Shown piece after piece: positions 52,001 through 64,000 of a DNA stretch of 64,000 nt (its first letter is position 1; every line of letters starts with the position of its first letter). The stretch is from Phoronis australis (Eukaryota > Animalia > Phoronida): contig NMRA01000344.1 in the NCBI GenBank assembly GCA_002633005.1, forward strand, positions 411,354 to 475,353, written 5' to 3'. The position numbers and the translations under genes are program-made. The notes beneath the pieces are model-generated. The model had not been told where the DNA came from and did not search any database. It was given only the letters and a program-made list of their open reading frames with translations.

Positions 52001-55000
52001 AGTTTGTGGCGGAATCAGTTTACCCGGCAAGTGCATGCTCAATACATTTCAGATGGTGCTTCAAACGTCTATTGTAGCTCAATTTCTTTCTTCAGCATTC
52101 CGTGGCCTCGTATTCTTGGAGGTTTCTTGCTAACTACCCACGAAGGTCTGTTTTCTAGTAAGAGGGCTGCAATGGGATAAAAAAAAAACAGTGCAGGTGG
52201 TCTGATGTCATTTGCGGTGCATCAAACGTGTGCAGGCCTCATGGTTGGGCCCATTACACAAAACACCTGAGCAAAAGCACGAGACCCCAATTATGGCTCC
52301 TCGTGAAGAAAGTTTTCAAGTCTGCCAGTCTCCTTTAGGAAAACGGACAGACTTTTCCATGTGTTGCCATGCAATGGGATATGTGATGTAATTGTTCATT
52401 TGCGTTTGCTTTTTGTGGTACTAATTGTACCAGTTCAAATTTGGAAGACCCTTCTTGGATTTTGGTATCCTTTCCGGTTTATCAGACATGGGTCATTTTG
52501 TAGACAGTGTAAAGCACAGGATAGATTTAAATACGTTTTGAACGGCAACCCTTTATCTATTTTACCTCAATTGCAGGCCCTAGGTTAGGTAACCAGATAC
52601 TTCACACACCATGCAGACACCGACAGACATTTACTTATGTTGCCCTCTGTTGGCGCATCAGTTAGGATAGATGCCAGTAGCTCGTTATCTGTGCTACATC
52701 TTCTGGTCTGCCGGTGTCTCACAATCACAACCCTTAATCTTGTTACACATGTCCTCTTCCCTGTATTACTATCATCACTAGTAATTTGATATGCCGTTGA
52801 TGTAGCAGCGTTTTTCCAAGATGAATAAACGGTGGATTTTGACAGGCATCAAGAAGCTTTGGTTGGATTCATCATTCAAGCTAAACGATACAGCAAAATG
52901 GGACGATACCTTGGCCGATCAAACGTCTCCTTTATTTTTGGAGTACAGAAATGAGATTGAGAATAAGGTAACGTATTTAACCTTCAATCTGAGCAGAGAA
53001 TCTGTTGTGTCACATATTTTCACACTAGACATGTGTGACCACCAGGGCAGAATATGTGTCGAGGGCGACAAGATATTGGTGTATGTCAACACCAACAAAT
53101 TTTGTGTCTCTGGCAGCAATGCATGCTTTGGGCGATAGTATATATCGTCAACATCGACAAAAATTGTCTCCCGGGTGCCAACATGTGTATGTTTCACTGG
53201 CTTTACCTGCGCACACGACACAAAAGTTGCCTAACTCCCAGAAGGAGACAATTTGTGATAAATAATCTCACAACAGAGGCCACTTCGCGTGATTTACCCT
53301 TGAAATAAGTGGTGTCAGATTTGGCCTAATCAAACAATGTGAGCACTTGAAAATACGTGGAAGTCGTGTTTGAAGATTTACACGAAGGTGTGAAGTCTGT
53401 AAAGGGACGGGTGTAAAAATACAAGACGCAGAATACTGTTATTGTTAGGACTGTCGTGGAGGAGTAATTCATTCTTCAACATGACTTTGCTTGGCAGTTT
53501 CGTACTAACGATGCCCTCGTATACTGTAGTTTCAGTAGCCACCTAGCATCATAAACAACCCTTTTAAATTTTACAAATTAATTACTAATATAAATGCACC
53601 GTGTTTATGGTTCTCCTCATTCCAGCGTTTGTCTTTGGTACCGATTTCTTGCAATCCCGATTTTTCTTCCGGGCATACTAGACCGATCATTCATCCGATG
53701 GGCAAGGTCCGTTTCGTTGCACACCTTTACAATTGAACGATTTTATTTCGATTACAACTGCTGATGCTGGTGGAACTTGGGTTCATGGAAGCTGGCTACA
53801 ATCCATGACCAAATAGCCCTAAAGAGCTTCCAACCAATCCCCCATAATTATGTTTACGAACAAAAGAGAATTTAATCTACGCTTATACAAGAGCAGCATG
53901 TTTCACCTGCTTTGCTGTATGAGCATCGTGCGTGTAGTGAGAGTTTAAACGTTCTACAGCGTCCGATTTGTCAGATCGCGAATAGCAACACTTGATGTCC
54001 AGATGACATGGATGAAAATTTGTATTTCAGGGCTAGCTAGCCAAGATTACCTCCCAACAGAAGTTACCTCATAGCGTTGCAGCCAGTCTAGGCCGTCTAA
54101 TCTTTGCACCAAAAATCATACTTGACTTTTTTCATGGGCCGTGCGAGTGAAAGTGTCGCGTGTAATTTCGCTCGTAATTACGACCAAGACTGCTCATATT
54201 TTACGACCGTAATCATGTTTGTCCAATGAGAATTTGGACTGTAGGTCACGTGAGCTCTGAATCAGTTGTGCATTCGTAATTTTACGCTCGCACTTTTCGT
54301 TTGTTATTTTACATTAGTAAATATACGCTCATAATTTTACACTCGTATTTTGCACAAGTTATGAAGTTTTTCAGAACATGCTTTCATCTATTTCTGTGTG
54401 ACGTTTTTATGTACGTCACCCCATATAGTACAATAAAGCTTTTGCAAATATTTGGCGCGTTTTCCTTATTTTTGAATAAATCTGAGGCCATGTGGATAGG
54501 CACTCATATCTAGGCAATGCTCTCCGTATCATCTCCCATTCAATGTATTCAAAGTACGTCTTAAATCGTCGAGTTTCCAACCGTCGAACTAAAAAGTACA
54601 GACCTCAACTCCACTAGCCCATTAGCTAAATTTCTCAGTTAAGCTATAACTAAAATCGCACATTGTCTCAAGATTAGGTGTGCGTCGACTGGGTCTTTAA
54701 GTAACTAAATCCGCATTTAATTTGAAGAGGCATAGAACGTAATAAACAGACTAATTTGAAATATAGAAAGTGGTTCTCTGGCACTGAAACAGATTTCATC
54801 CTGCTCACCCGGAATTTTTCGGTTTTTTCGTAAATATTTTTTATTTCTGTTGAAATCAAAGAAATTTCTTTTAGTTTCTTATTTCAAAAAAGAACTTTCT
54901 GTCAGTTTCTCGACCCTTTGTCAATTTTTCTCCCAAACGTCAAAGCACGTCTCCTTATGGCAAGACATAGACTTAGCAAATTTTCGTCATATGGAAAATG

Positions 55001-58000
55001 TGACCTTTGACCTCAAGCGACTTCAAGCAACTGGCTGTGAGAGCATGTGCGCATTTACATGTACACAGTAGCATAAGCGGGAGGGGGAATAAAAACTCTG
55101 TGGTAACCATGTATTTAAGAAATCGTGATTTTTAAATTTTTTCTGGAAATTTCCTCACAGGGGAAAGTGAATTACTGTGTCCTAGACGTTGTGAGGTGGT
55201 ACTTTCGTCAGGAATTGTTTAAAACATATGTTTGACGATCCTGTTTGAGTAAAGAAAGGTTTTGTAAGCTTTCAATTGTGAACAAGGTCAATCAATTCGT
55301 GTATCAATAATTCCCCAAAACACGGCAATGTGCCTATTTTGGGACAGCTTGAAGGAGCTCGGAATTTCATGCCTTTGTGTACCCTGGTAATATAGCTTCA
55401 AGCACGACTCATCAAGCAACTCAACATGAAGTGTCAAAGAGGTTTGAAAGGTCCAAAAATCAAAATTCGCCGATCGATCGTTTAAATGAGGTGTGTAATG
55501 AAGTTAGTGATAAATTGTCACAGCGGAAGAAAGAAAATGAATCTTCACTGCATTCGCCAGCGTCGTCCCCAGTCTCAAGATGAGGCTGGTCGGTTTGTCC
55601 ATTCGAGACGTGGTATGGAAAATCAATGTGTCAGAATTCTGACACATTTTTACGGAAATCGCCGGAAACTCACGAGTAATATCAAGTTATATCACAGTTA
55701 TATGCAGTACAAAACAAAAATCAAAACTAACGGTAAGCATGTAGCAAATTAGGTTTGAATTACTGCGAAAATGGTGAGTTTTTATTAGGAAATAGATTAC
55801 TTCTATAGTACTATCAAGAAAACAGAATCAAAAATAAGTACATGTATGGGAACAACTTTTACTTCAAACAATAACCAAAGCAATGCCTTCAGCTTCATGG
55901 ATGGCAGTAAAAACGCCTTTGAAAATAATTGAAATCTGCCTTTGCTGCGGCTTTAATTTAATTTCTGGAAATCCAATTCAATTTTATCACATCAACCAAG
56001 CAAGGACAGGAGTCTGGAAGAACTTGTGTTTAAGTATTCATCAACTCAAATGTTTGAAGGTTTCTTGTGTCACTATTGTGAATGTCACGTACTTATAGTA
56101 CTGAGAAAAGCATGACAGACTCCAGAAATTTTGTCAGGAGACAATGTCTAACCAACATTTTAAAAGAATCGCGAGATCAACACTAAAAGAGCAGCGTCAG
56201 ACAGAAAATCGTTCTTTGTGGATGTCAGTCGCCCTTCATCTTCATTATTTTATCTAAATAATCGTAGTTCGTAGTCATATTTATATGATAATACGATGAA
56301 TGTTTTCAGTCATCCAGTTGGGTCAGTATAAGAAACAATAAATCTGTTACTGGACTTACGGTACGTGGAGATGGCTACGTTGCGTTCTCCTCTCGAGGAC
56401 TTCATCAGGCCACTGAGTTGTCACGTGACAGTGAAACCGCAGCCCCACCTGTCTATTGAGGCTGCGGTTTCACTTACCTAGGACTTGGGATAGGGCGCTG
56501 AAGAGAATCCCGCGGAAACTGTACGACGGACCACGTGACAAGTCACGTGACAACTCAGTGACCTGATGAAGTCCTTGAGAGGAGGACGCAACGTAGCCAT
56601 CTCCTCGTACCGTAAGTCCAGTAATAGATTTATTGTTTCTTATATCATATTTATATGTTTTACTGTCATCAAGGCAGCGACCAATCATTGCCGATATTTT
56701 TTACTTGTTGCCCTGATCATCCCAGGCATTTGAAAGAGTTCCGGATGAGAACATACCGAGGTGCAGTGCTGAAATGAAAATCTAGCAGGTTGTCTGACAG
56801 TGCTTTTAATTTATTTCTTAAAATTACCATGCTTTTTCAATTTCTTAGTAATACTCTTAACAGTGTGTGTAGATGACATATGAAATCGCAAAAACATACA
56901 TTGGGGGTAATGTAGTACAACTTCAAAAGATTGTTGATAAACCAATCACTCTTTATTCAAGACATTTGAATGATAAATCATTTGCACCACAAAAACAATT
57001 TCAACTGCGTATTAGTTTAATAGCTGCTGGCCTCCTGTACGAGTACTTAAATCTAACGATTCCTCCCTAAAATTACCAGCGTAAACTTACGAGCGAAAAA
57101 TACAAGCATAAAATTACGAGCGTAAAAGTTCTTCAGAGCTCACGTGACCTATAAGTTTATTGATTAACGCAAATGAGTTTCTAAGTCACGTATGCACGTG
57201 AAGGCTCATAGATGCGAGCAGGGAACTCGAGTGCGGTAAAGGTTGAGACCACGAGTAAAAATCAGAGATCAGGCCGAACTTGTAGTTTTATTTCTGGGGT
57301 CATCAAGTACAAACTACAATTATATAACCATAATGTACTTTAGCACACATAAATAAATACTTCTCTTAACATTTCACAGAAGTAACTAAATATTCAAACA
57401 TAATTCCGAGTTCAATTTCGAAAATTAATTTGATTTGACCCCGAGCAAAGAGAACAGAAGAGCCTAAGTGATCGTGCAATAATTCCTTTTGTCGACCTTT
57501 TCAGAAGACACGCGATGTGTCTTTGGAGGTAGAAAGTTCGCGAACACAATTCGGCCTAGTTTCTGCGCATTGAACGCTACATTTGCAAGTTGAGATGTCA
57601 ATAAAGCAAAACATAATGCGTGTTTAAAGCGCAAAAATACCTGGCTCAAGCCTTCAGAGAAAATGTCCTTTGACTCATATCATTTACCCCTAGGTAACAA
57701 CGAACGGATAATTCCGTAGTGCTGGAAACCACAGAATGACTTCCCGTGGTCAAGCATTTTATTGGACATGGTCTCAATCAATAACAATTTTTCAGGAATC
57801 GTGTCTAATCTGATTAAGGTTCTAGTTGACAAAGATCTTATAACGATTGGTGCCCTAAATAGACGCGGTTTTTTGGCGGAAGGCGGTTTTATAGCCTGCA
57901 CCAATACAACCTAGAATCCAAAGCTCGACGAGCACTTGTGATTACTATGTTTTACTTCCAGCTGAAAGAAAAATTCCAGTCGATAGTGGGCTTCCACGAC

Positions 58001-61000
58001 GTTATCATCACCAATTTTACAAAAGGAAGTATAGTAACTTGGTTCAAGGTATCTGTGTATCTTAGCAAAGTGTTAGAGGAAGTCAGTCAACGTTCCTCCT
58101 CAGAAACACCAAGCGATGACGATTTGATTATAGTGTTAAAGACAATTGGTAACCAGATTGAGACATTACCGTTTAACTTAATCCTAACACTCGACAAGTA
58201 CGGTACAGTGAATCTAAACAATTCGTACGATAAAAACCGTTTCAACGCCACGCAATACGCTGAACAGGGTATGTATACGAACAATGTACACCAGTTTAAA
58301 CTTGGCTATTATTTTATTTGCCGATACTTAAGACGTGAATATTCAAAATAATACATTTTTCAAATATCATTTAGCAAACTTTCATACGTAACTGCACGTG
58401 ACTAAGTTTCATTTTGCGGCAGACGTTGCCCTTATCCTTAGTTTGGGGTGGTAGCGAAGCATAGTGTTCAAGCCAGACCGCCATCCTTTCGTCCCAATCT
58501 CACTCGTTGAAGTGATATCTCACCACGGAAGCTTTAGAAACTATTCCACTTTTGTATAAAGTTGAAGATGGAGCAGCTTCGTTTTCAAATTCACCCTTTA
58601 GACATTATATAAGGCATCACAGCATAGGTTGAACACGTCAGTCAGTTCTTGGTGATTTTGCAATTGTTACCAAGTTCACTCTGAGACAGTCAACTTTCAT
58701 TTGATGAAATAGTGTTGTCGCAACATCTCAGTAAAAGAGACTTCGATTTTGCGCTCTTACATGCATTTTGTATCCAAGTTGGTGGGAGAATCAAGACGCC
58801 AGTCAAATTTAGATAATCGTTTTACGTGTTTTGGGTTACTTGATAGTGACTGAGCGTTGTGTAATGATGCAGCTTAAAATCATTGTTGTATTGCTTGTTT
58901 TGTTGTCTCTTACTAGTCTTGAGAGTCATTCGAAACATCTGTATGGAAGAAAATGGGTGCCCAAGGGGCTACACGTGTGACAATGGAAAATCATTTTCGA
59001 TGTGCAAAGGAGCTTGTGTGGACTACAATATCGGTCTCTGTGCTAGCAACAACTCTGTGTGCTACCTTAACAGGACGTACCAGCCAGAATGCAGGTCTGT
59101 AGACAGCCCAGTTCAAAACACACGTACTAAAACTAATGATCATTTAAAACAAATGAACACATAAAATCAAAAATTGTCATCCTGCATTTTTGCTAATTAT
59201 ATTACCAATAACTGATTACTTTTTTACCAGTGGTGTCATTCATTTGCAAGTACGAGGCGTTAGTATTCCGGCGAACGAAAAAAGGAGTCTGGTAAGCCCT
59301 TACGGTTTATGTGCCATTACTGACATTGAACATTTCAGATGTAAGTCTGGACACATATACTTGGATTTCTTTGCGGTCAAGTGTCAACCAACCTCGACAT
59401 TTGTGGCGTTCCTCCTCGGAATAGCGAGTGGAGTACTTGTTTTGGTCATTTTCATCATGTGCCTGGTTTGCGGGATACAGCTCAGAAAGGCAAAGAAGTA
59501 TAAACAATCGTAAGTGAACCGTTGTTTGAAGATTTGCAAAAAGTTGTGCAAAGAATTAAAATAAATTTCATCGAAGTGCATGTATGTGCAATGTAAGTGT
59601 TTGAAAAATTGTGATGAGTGGCAGCATGGACCCAGTCCCTAATTTGTGCTCTACCTATATGTGATGTCATCGGGTGACTAGGGTTGGATTTGTAAAACAG
59701 ACACCTTGTGCTACATGTACTGTGCCCGGATGTAAGGGTGTATCTAATCGTTTTTTTTGCCAACACAGGCCTCACGAGAATGACCTGAGTGTGACTTCGG
59801 ATGACTTTCGCCACCTGAGACTAATGCGAACCGTAACGGAGGGGCGCGATTATGACAACGAGGTTTGTTTTCAGCAGATAATTGGTATTTTCATTTAACA
59901 AGTACGCATGCACACTCTTGGGTCTGTACGTGTATGCTGTTTCATGAACCAATCAGTTCGATGTAAATTTAAAGTGTACAGTTGCTTAATTTTCGTTCTA
60001 CTGGTATTGCTGTTGCTACTATTGTCAGTCTTACCGTAAGCACTACTACTAAACCAGGATCGCTGTTGCTACAATTGTCAGTCTTACAGCAAGCACTACT
60101 ACTAAACCAGTATCGCTGTTGCTACTATTGTCAGTCTTACTGCATATACTACCACTATTGTCAGTCTTACCGCAAACTTCACTAATGCTGTCAGTCTCAC
60201 CGCAAATACTAGTACAGTTACTGCCATTGCCACAGCTACATCCGTTACTGAATCAATCAATTTATTTCTATGATAAAGGTCATAGGCCCACTGTACAAAA
60301 AACAACATGTAACGTAGTCAAGAATGCAGCAAGCTATCACGGAGTCACAAACCATAAAATACGCATTTACATAGGTTAACTAATTTAGCATCATCAATTG
60401 TTGACATTAATGTTTTGAACTTGAAAACAGACGAAAAATTCCAATCACACACTTTAATATAATTTTCTCTCAATATTACGGCTTAAGAGGATTTGCATGT
60501 ACATGTACTCGACTAGTCTTCAACAACATTGGGGCAGAAGAGACTCACCATGCTTGCCTATTCAGCTTCAAGTGCTTTTAGCACTACGACCTCTCTACTA
60601 TTGATTGTTAATGTAACTAAATTGGCAAACTCAGCAGAATCAAAGTCATCGTCTTCTAGCACTATCCCTGCCACCACCAAGACTGCTACCATAGTTGCAT
60701 CACTTGTCATGCCCTCTAGGGACAGCACTGCGCATACTCACAATATGGCGCAAAGCATTAAGTCGCGAATTGAAATAGCATAGTCTATTGAAGCTGTCTG
60801 CATCCTCATTAATCATCGAGCTATCTTTACCTGCTTGCACCAAGTTCAGTAATGATTGGATTCCGATGAGAATTATTTCAATGTTCATTAGGGATACAAG
60901 TCAAATAGAAGATCGCCTGTCACTGATGACCAATTTGTAGGAAACCTTGCTACTGTCGATACAGAAACTTCGGTAAGTGATCATGAGGTGTGATATTGAA

Positions 61001-61945
61001 TATTCTACCGCCAAATTTCTTTTACGTGGCTTAGAATAAATTTCCCAGCGTCAACTACTGTATGATTTAATAGACCTGGGGCCCGTCCCAAGAAACTGAC
61101 TTAAGTTCATCTTTGACTTAAGTTTAAGATTTGTCTAAACTTCCAAACTTTGAAACTTCCACATCTGGTAAATTCATCGAAATTAAGCCAAAACTTACGT
61201 CAAACACTTAAACCAAGCTTAACATCTCTTTCTTGAAATGATTTTGAGACAAGTTGAGCTTTTATTTTAAAATTTAGTAAAATTTAGGAATTGTCTTAGC
61301 TAAGTCAGTTTTGTTGGAACGGGCCTCTGGATAATATATTTATGTTGTTAGCAGTGCTAACAATCATTCACTGTTGGAATGCTTGCGGATTTCCCAACTG
61401 AGCAGTGCAATAAGGGAGAAGATTAGTCCCTATGGCTATGATTTAATACTACTTCGCTCCCAGTCTGGCTGAAAAGAGTCGACTAACAACAGCATTAGGC
61501 CTACGTTCTTCTTGCTCGGAACTCGCCGTGTGCGCCAACGAATAAAGACAGTACAACTAGAACAAACCTTTCCTAATAAAGGCCGGCTTGACGTTCCCTG
61601 CAGGTTGAACGTGAGCTGGCAGTGAAGTTTGCAAGAAATGAGTTGATATCAATACAATAAAGTCCAGTGGTTAAAAATATGCTCTCAGACAAGCAAATTT
61701 CGTACTATACCTTTCTTAAAAAAGCACTTCAACATATCAGATATCTCATTGTGTTGAAAATCTTGTTTCAGTTCAAAATCCGACGTCCGGAAGTCAGCAG
61801 TGTGCCATTCGGCGTGTACACGGAAAATTCAAGCAAGCGCTTGTCCAATGTCTCATCTGCCGGAAAGCGCCAAAGTCTCAAAAGCGAGAGGTTAAGCTAC
61901 GAAAAAGAGTACGAAGAAGTTATGGACGATTATGCCAAATCGTAG
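45997..61945 (+). CDS. Gene 2 (whole span): single-SEA transmembrane mucin-like protein, 9 coding exons, 1464 nt / 487 aa
   Basis: Exons 45997-46060, 47731-48003, 52846-52967, 57962-58268, 58917-59094, 59339-59509, 59769-59862, 60892-60972, 61772-61945 join into one open frame with the same intron phases as gene 1. Confidence 0.88.
47731..48003 (+). CDS. Gene 2 exon 2: short non-repetitive PTS domain with several N-X-T sequons
   Basis: ccag|GT...ACAG|gttagc; ends APVIVNT(G) like gene 1 PTS exons. Confidence 0.85.
48890..51151 (-). mobile_element. Kolobok-type element family B copy 2 (inverted), THAP ORF 50707-50991, with internal duplication and nested MITE
   Basis: TCAA|AGGAGAATGCCACC...GGTGGCATTCTCCT|TTAA; collinear with 32776-34449; intact C2CH THAP ligands (CIVPAC...VCGRHF). 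Confidence 0.85.
50340..50579. mobile_element. MITE nested in the Kolobok copy; a solo matching end lies at 28241-28277
   Basis: CATGCGTGTACCC..ggggggctcgaa / ttcgagcccccc..GGGTGCGCGCATG; absent from copy 1 at the equivalent site. Confidence 0.75.
52846..52967 (+). CDS. Gene 2 exon 3: SEA N-terminal half
   Basis: gacag|GC...AAG|gtaacg; SSFKLNDTAKWDDTLADQTSPLFLEY. Confidence 0.87.
56288..56644. mobile_element. Penelope-type pseudo-LTR insertion in inverted (hairpin) configuration with 13-bp TSD
   Basis: TCATATTTATATG at 56275-87 and 56645-57; arms 56326-56430 and 56543-56644 are reverse complements; minus strand reads CTGATGA..AACGT..GTCCAGT..CTGGATGACTGAAAAC like Penelope LTR ends. Confidence 0.78.
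56555..56600 (+). ncRNA. Minimal hammerhead-ribozyme-like motif with variant core; mirror copy at 56371-56414 on the minus strand
   Basis: CUGAUGA-A-GUCCU(loop)AGGAC-GCAAC-GUA-GCCA; the canonical GAAA reads GCAA. Confidence 0.55.
57962..58268 (+). CDS. Gene 2 exon 4: SEA C-terminal half with FTKG|SIVT motif
   Basis: ttccag|CTG...CAGG|gtatgt; homologous to gene 1 exons 4 and 7. Confidence 0.88.
58917..59094 (+). CDS. Gene 2 exon 5: Cys-rich / EGF-like
   Basis: actag|TC...GCAG|gtctgt; CPRG..C...CKGAC...CYLNRTYQPECR shared with gene 1. Confidence 0.88.
59339..59509 (+). CDS. Gene 2 exon 6: end of EGF plus transmembrane helix
   Basis: ttcag|A...TC|gtaagt; FVAFLLGIASGVLVLVIFIMCLVCGI then QLRKAKKYK. 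Confidence 0.9.
59769..59862 (+). CDS. Gene 2 exon 7: cytoplasmic (PHENDLSVTSDDFRHLRLMRTVTEGRDYDNE)
   Basis: cacag|G...GAG|gtttgt. Confidence 0.85.
59997..60240. repeat. Degenerate intronic minisatellite (about 53-bp unit, core ctactattgtcagtcttac)
   Basis: Core recurs five times with shortening spacers. Confidence 0.75.
60892..60972 (+). CDS. Gene 2 exon 8: cytoplasmic (GYKSNRRSPVTDDQFVGNLATVDTETS)
   Basis: cattag|GGA...TCG|gtaagt; 81 nt. Confidence 0.85.
61079..61326. mobile_element. PIF/Harbinger-type MITE with CTG TSD
   Basis: CTG|GGGCCCGTCCCAAGAAACTGACTTA...TAAGTCAGTTTTGTTGGAACGGGCCT|CTG. Confidence 0.72.
61772..61945 (+). CDS. Gene 2 exon 9: terminal cytoplasmic exon (FKIRRPEVSS...DDYAKS*)
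   Basis: tttcag|TTC to TAG. Confidence 0.87.
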   Translation, partial: FKIRRPEVSSVPFGVYTENSSKRLSNVSSAGKRQSLKSERLSYEKEYEEVMDDYAKS

Positions 61946-63483
61946 TTTCACCAAGTCGAGTAAAGGTAGATTACACGACTTTAAAAGGATATCAAATCGG
62001 AATTCGAGCTATTAATAGATACTGAAATTGACTTTGCCATTCACTTCTCTGGAACAAAATAACGTCCGTTAACCCTCGACAACCTTAAAAAAATCGAGTC
62101 TGCTATGCGGAGAAGCGTAACCTACGCGTTAGGCCAGCTATACGACAACTGTTGGGTAAAGCCTACCTGCCAAAAACTGTTATGCACTTTTCAGCACATA
62201 CAATGTGTGCTATAGTTGAATCCTGTATTTATCACTCAAGATAGACGACGATGGTGCACGAACAGGTGGCAGCTGAACGACGATTGGTTAATATCAACAA
62301 ACAAGGATGAAGTGTCCTTTTAAGTGTGAGGATTATATGACCTATAGCGATTTTGCGTTTGATCAAATTATGAGAATAATAAACAAATATCCTTTCACAA
62401 CAGCTGAAGAAAAAAATGTAAGAAGGTTCTCTTAATTTACTTTTGAGATAATTACCATCACTTCCGAAACGCGTGTTGCCTATCACTATCGAGTTACTAT
62501 ACACTCAGTTAGCTATACAAGGTGTTTCGGAATCTAGGTTGATTTGTTGCATTTCGCACTGTTTGCATGTAGGTATGAAACAGAAGTCGAATTAGGCATT
62601 TTAATTATGTGAAATTGGCTTTAAAATTCTTTACCGTGAAAGGACTTGTTACATGTAGCTGTTACCAAGAAGAACACTGACAGGATAAGAGTGGCAAGAA
62701 ATCTTCAGTTTATCTAGGTTGGCCAAACCCGAAACACAAAAAGAGTGAACAGTCAAGATTCATTCACGTGGCATAAATGTGGTAATTTGCCCCGAGTACA
62801 TCGCAGAGTAGCCGCTGTTTTTTACTCTTCGATACAGTCGTTGAAATATGTGGAAAGTGGCTACTAAACGTGACGAAGTGCAAGTTTAATTTGGTGTAGA
62901 CGATCTGATACCAACCTAACCACTGATTGTGATACACAATGCACGTCACTCAATTTAAATCATTTTTCACTATGTGTCTGAATATTTTTAATCGTCTTCT
63001 ACACACGTATATTTCTAATTGTAATACGGTACTTGATGTACTATTGAACAATTGCTACGAAATAACACTAACACTAACAATGATAATAGTAACGACACTG
63101 ATTTAGTTGAATTATAAAGATCGTTTTCTAAACATGCAATTAAATTGACTAAGGTTTCTTATGTACATGTATGACGAGAGTATTTGTTCCATACATTGAT
63201 CGTGTATTGTTCGAAAGTTATTATTGATACGTGAAGGATGATTGTAAAGACGTCCACTATGCACAGCTATGCAAACTCGAGAACTTGGTTTGGTGTTTAA
63301 CATTCATTCAAGTCTTAATAGTACAATTGTATGTTTAGTGTAGATAGATGTTCGTAATCTTCCAGATGAATCACAGATCCAAAAATGTAATTGACGCTTC
63401 CGCAACCAATTGGTTCTGCTGCCCCACTGGGCGTATCTTTTCTTATATTTGAGAGCTAGACAACGTTTCGTAACGTAACACAC

Positions 63484-64000
63484 CATAGGTGGATTTAGGG
63501 GGGGATCCAGGGCCCCCCCCTTGGCTGCCGCAAAAAAATAAAACAGTAAGAGCGTACTAGGCAAATGTTGAGTTTATTAATTAACCCCGGTAATTAAAAT
63601 TATACGGATGAAAAAAGATTTAAATGTGTGCAGTTTTAGTGTTGGGGGGGCTCAAATCCCGTTTCAAGTGTCAAACTCGGAACACGGCGCATTCGTAACG
63701 GAACTGTGGCTAAGTATAGGCTCTCCCGCGATATCCCAGGCGACCGGCTGTGGCGCAGCGCACTACGACTCCGTTTCCGTCGTCTACTCCACTGTGCAAT
63801 GAAGAAAATTTACATCATTTTTTAACGAAAATGGAACCTGAGTGACGATGAAAAAACAGAAGCTGCTGGTAAGATGTGAATTTTAATCGAAGCCTTAGTG
63901 AATCACTCAGAAACTCGCAATACTGTCTTTGTCAAACCTTATCTTAAGACGATTTCCAAAGCAATCCCGTCATTTTTGCCAACACGAAAAACGGATTTGG
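63484..64000 (-). mobile_element. Copy 3 (inverted, cut by the window end) of the 22093-23057 element
   Basis: Starts CATAGGTGGATTTAGGG; reverse complement of about 22550-23057. Confidence 0.9.

Noticed and set aside
51660-52700. Coding-like composition, possibly a decayed transposase on the minus strand
   Set aside because: No motif I could identify with confidence; needs BLASTx.
60529-60783. Ser/Thr-rich ORF (and 59982-60379) as extra mucin exons
   Set aside because: They lie between cytoplasmic-tail exons whose phases already join; low complexity, no counterpart in gene 1.

Overview
AT-rich eukaryotic (animal) genomic DNA with spliceosomal GT-AG introns, two assembly gaps (7594-7944, 25523-25681) and a single N at 35126. 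An invertebrate deuterostome such as an echinoderm is my guess from the repeat content only. The window holds two complete, tandem, same-strand paralogous genes for type-I transmembrane SEA-domain mucins, reconstructed exon by exon with consistent splice phases. Gene 1 (5427-28682, 12 coding exons): signal peptide, 35-aa Ser/Thr tandem-repeat array, SEA, 4-Cys module plus short PTS stretch, second SEA, 4-Cys module plus EGF, TM, cytoplasmic tail. Gene 2 (45997-61945, 9 coding exons, 487 aa): signal peptide, short PTS, one SEA, 4-Cys module plus EGF, TM, tail. All three SEA domains keep the G|S(V/I)xx autoproteolysis motif. Both tails carry a motif resembling the vertebrate MUC3/MUC12/MUC17 tail. 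Introns and intergenic DNA contain many transposons: a full-length but disabled Gypsy (Mag-like) LTR element just upstream of gene 2, three Kolobok-type THAP elements, an Academ-like remnant, CR1 and Penelope fragments, a hairpin Penelope-LTR insertion with hammerhead-ribozyme-like motifs on both strands, and several MITEs including one carrying a tRNA-like Pol III promoter and a 30-bp micro-MITE. No database searches were possible; family names rest on recognised motifs.
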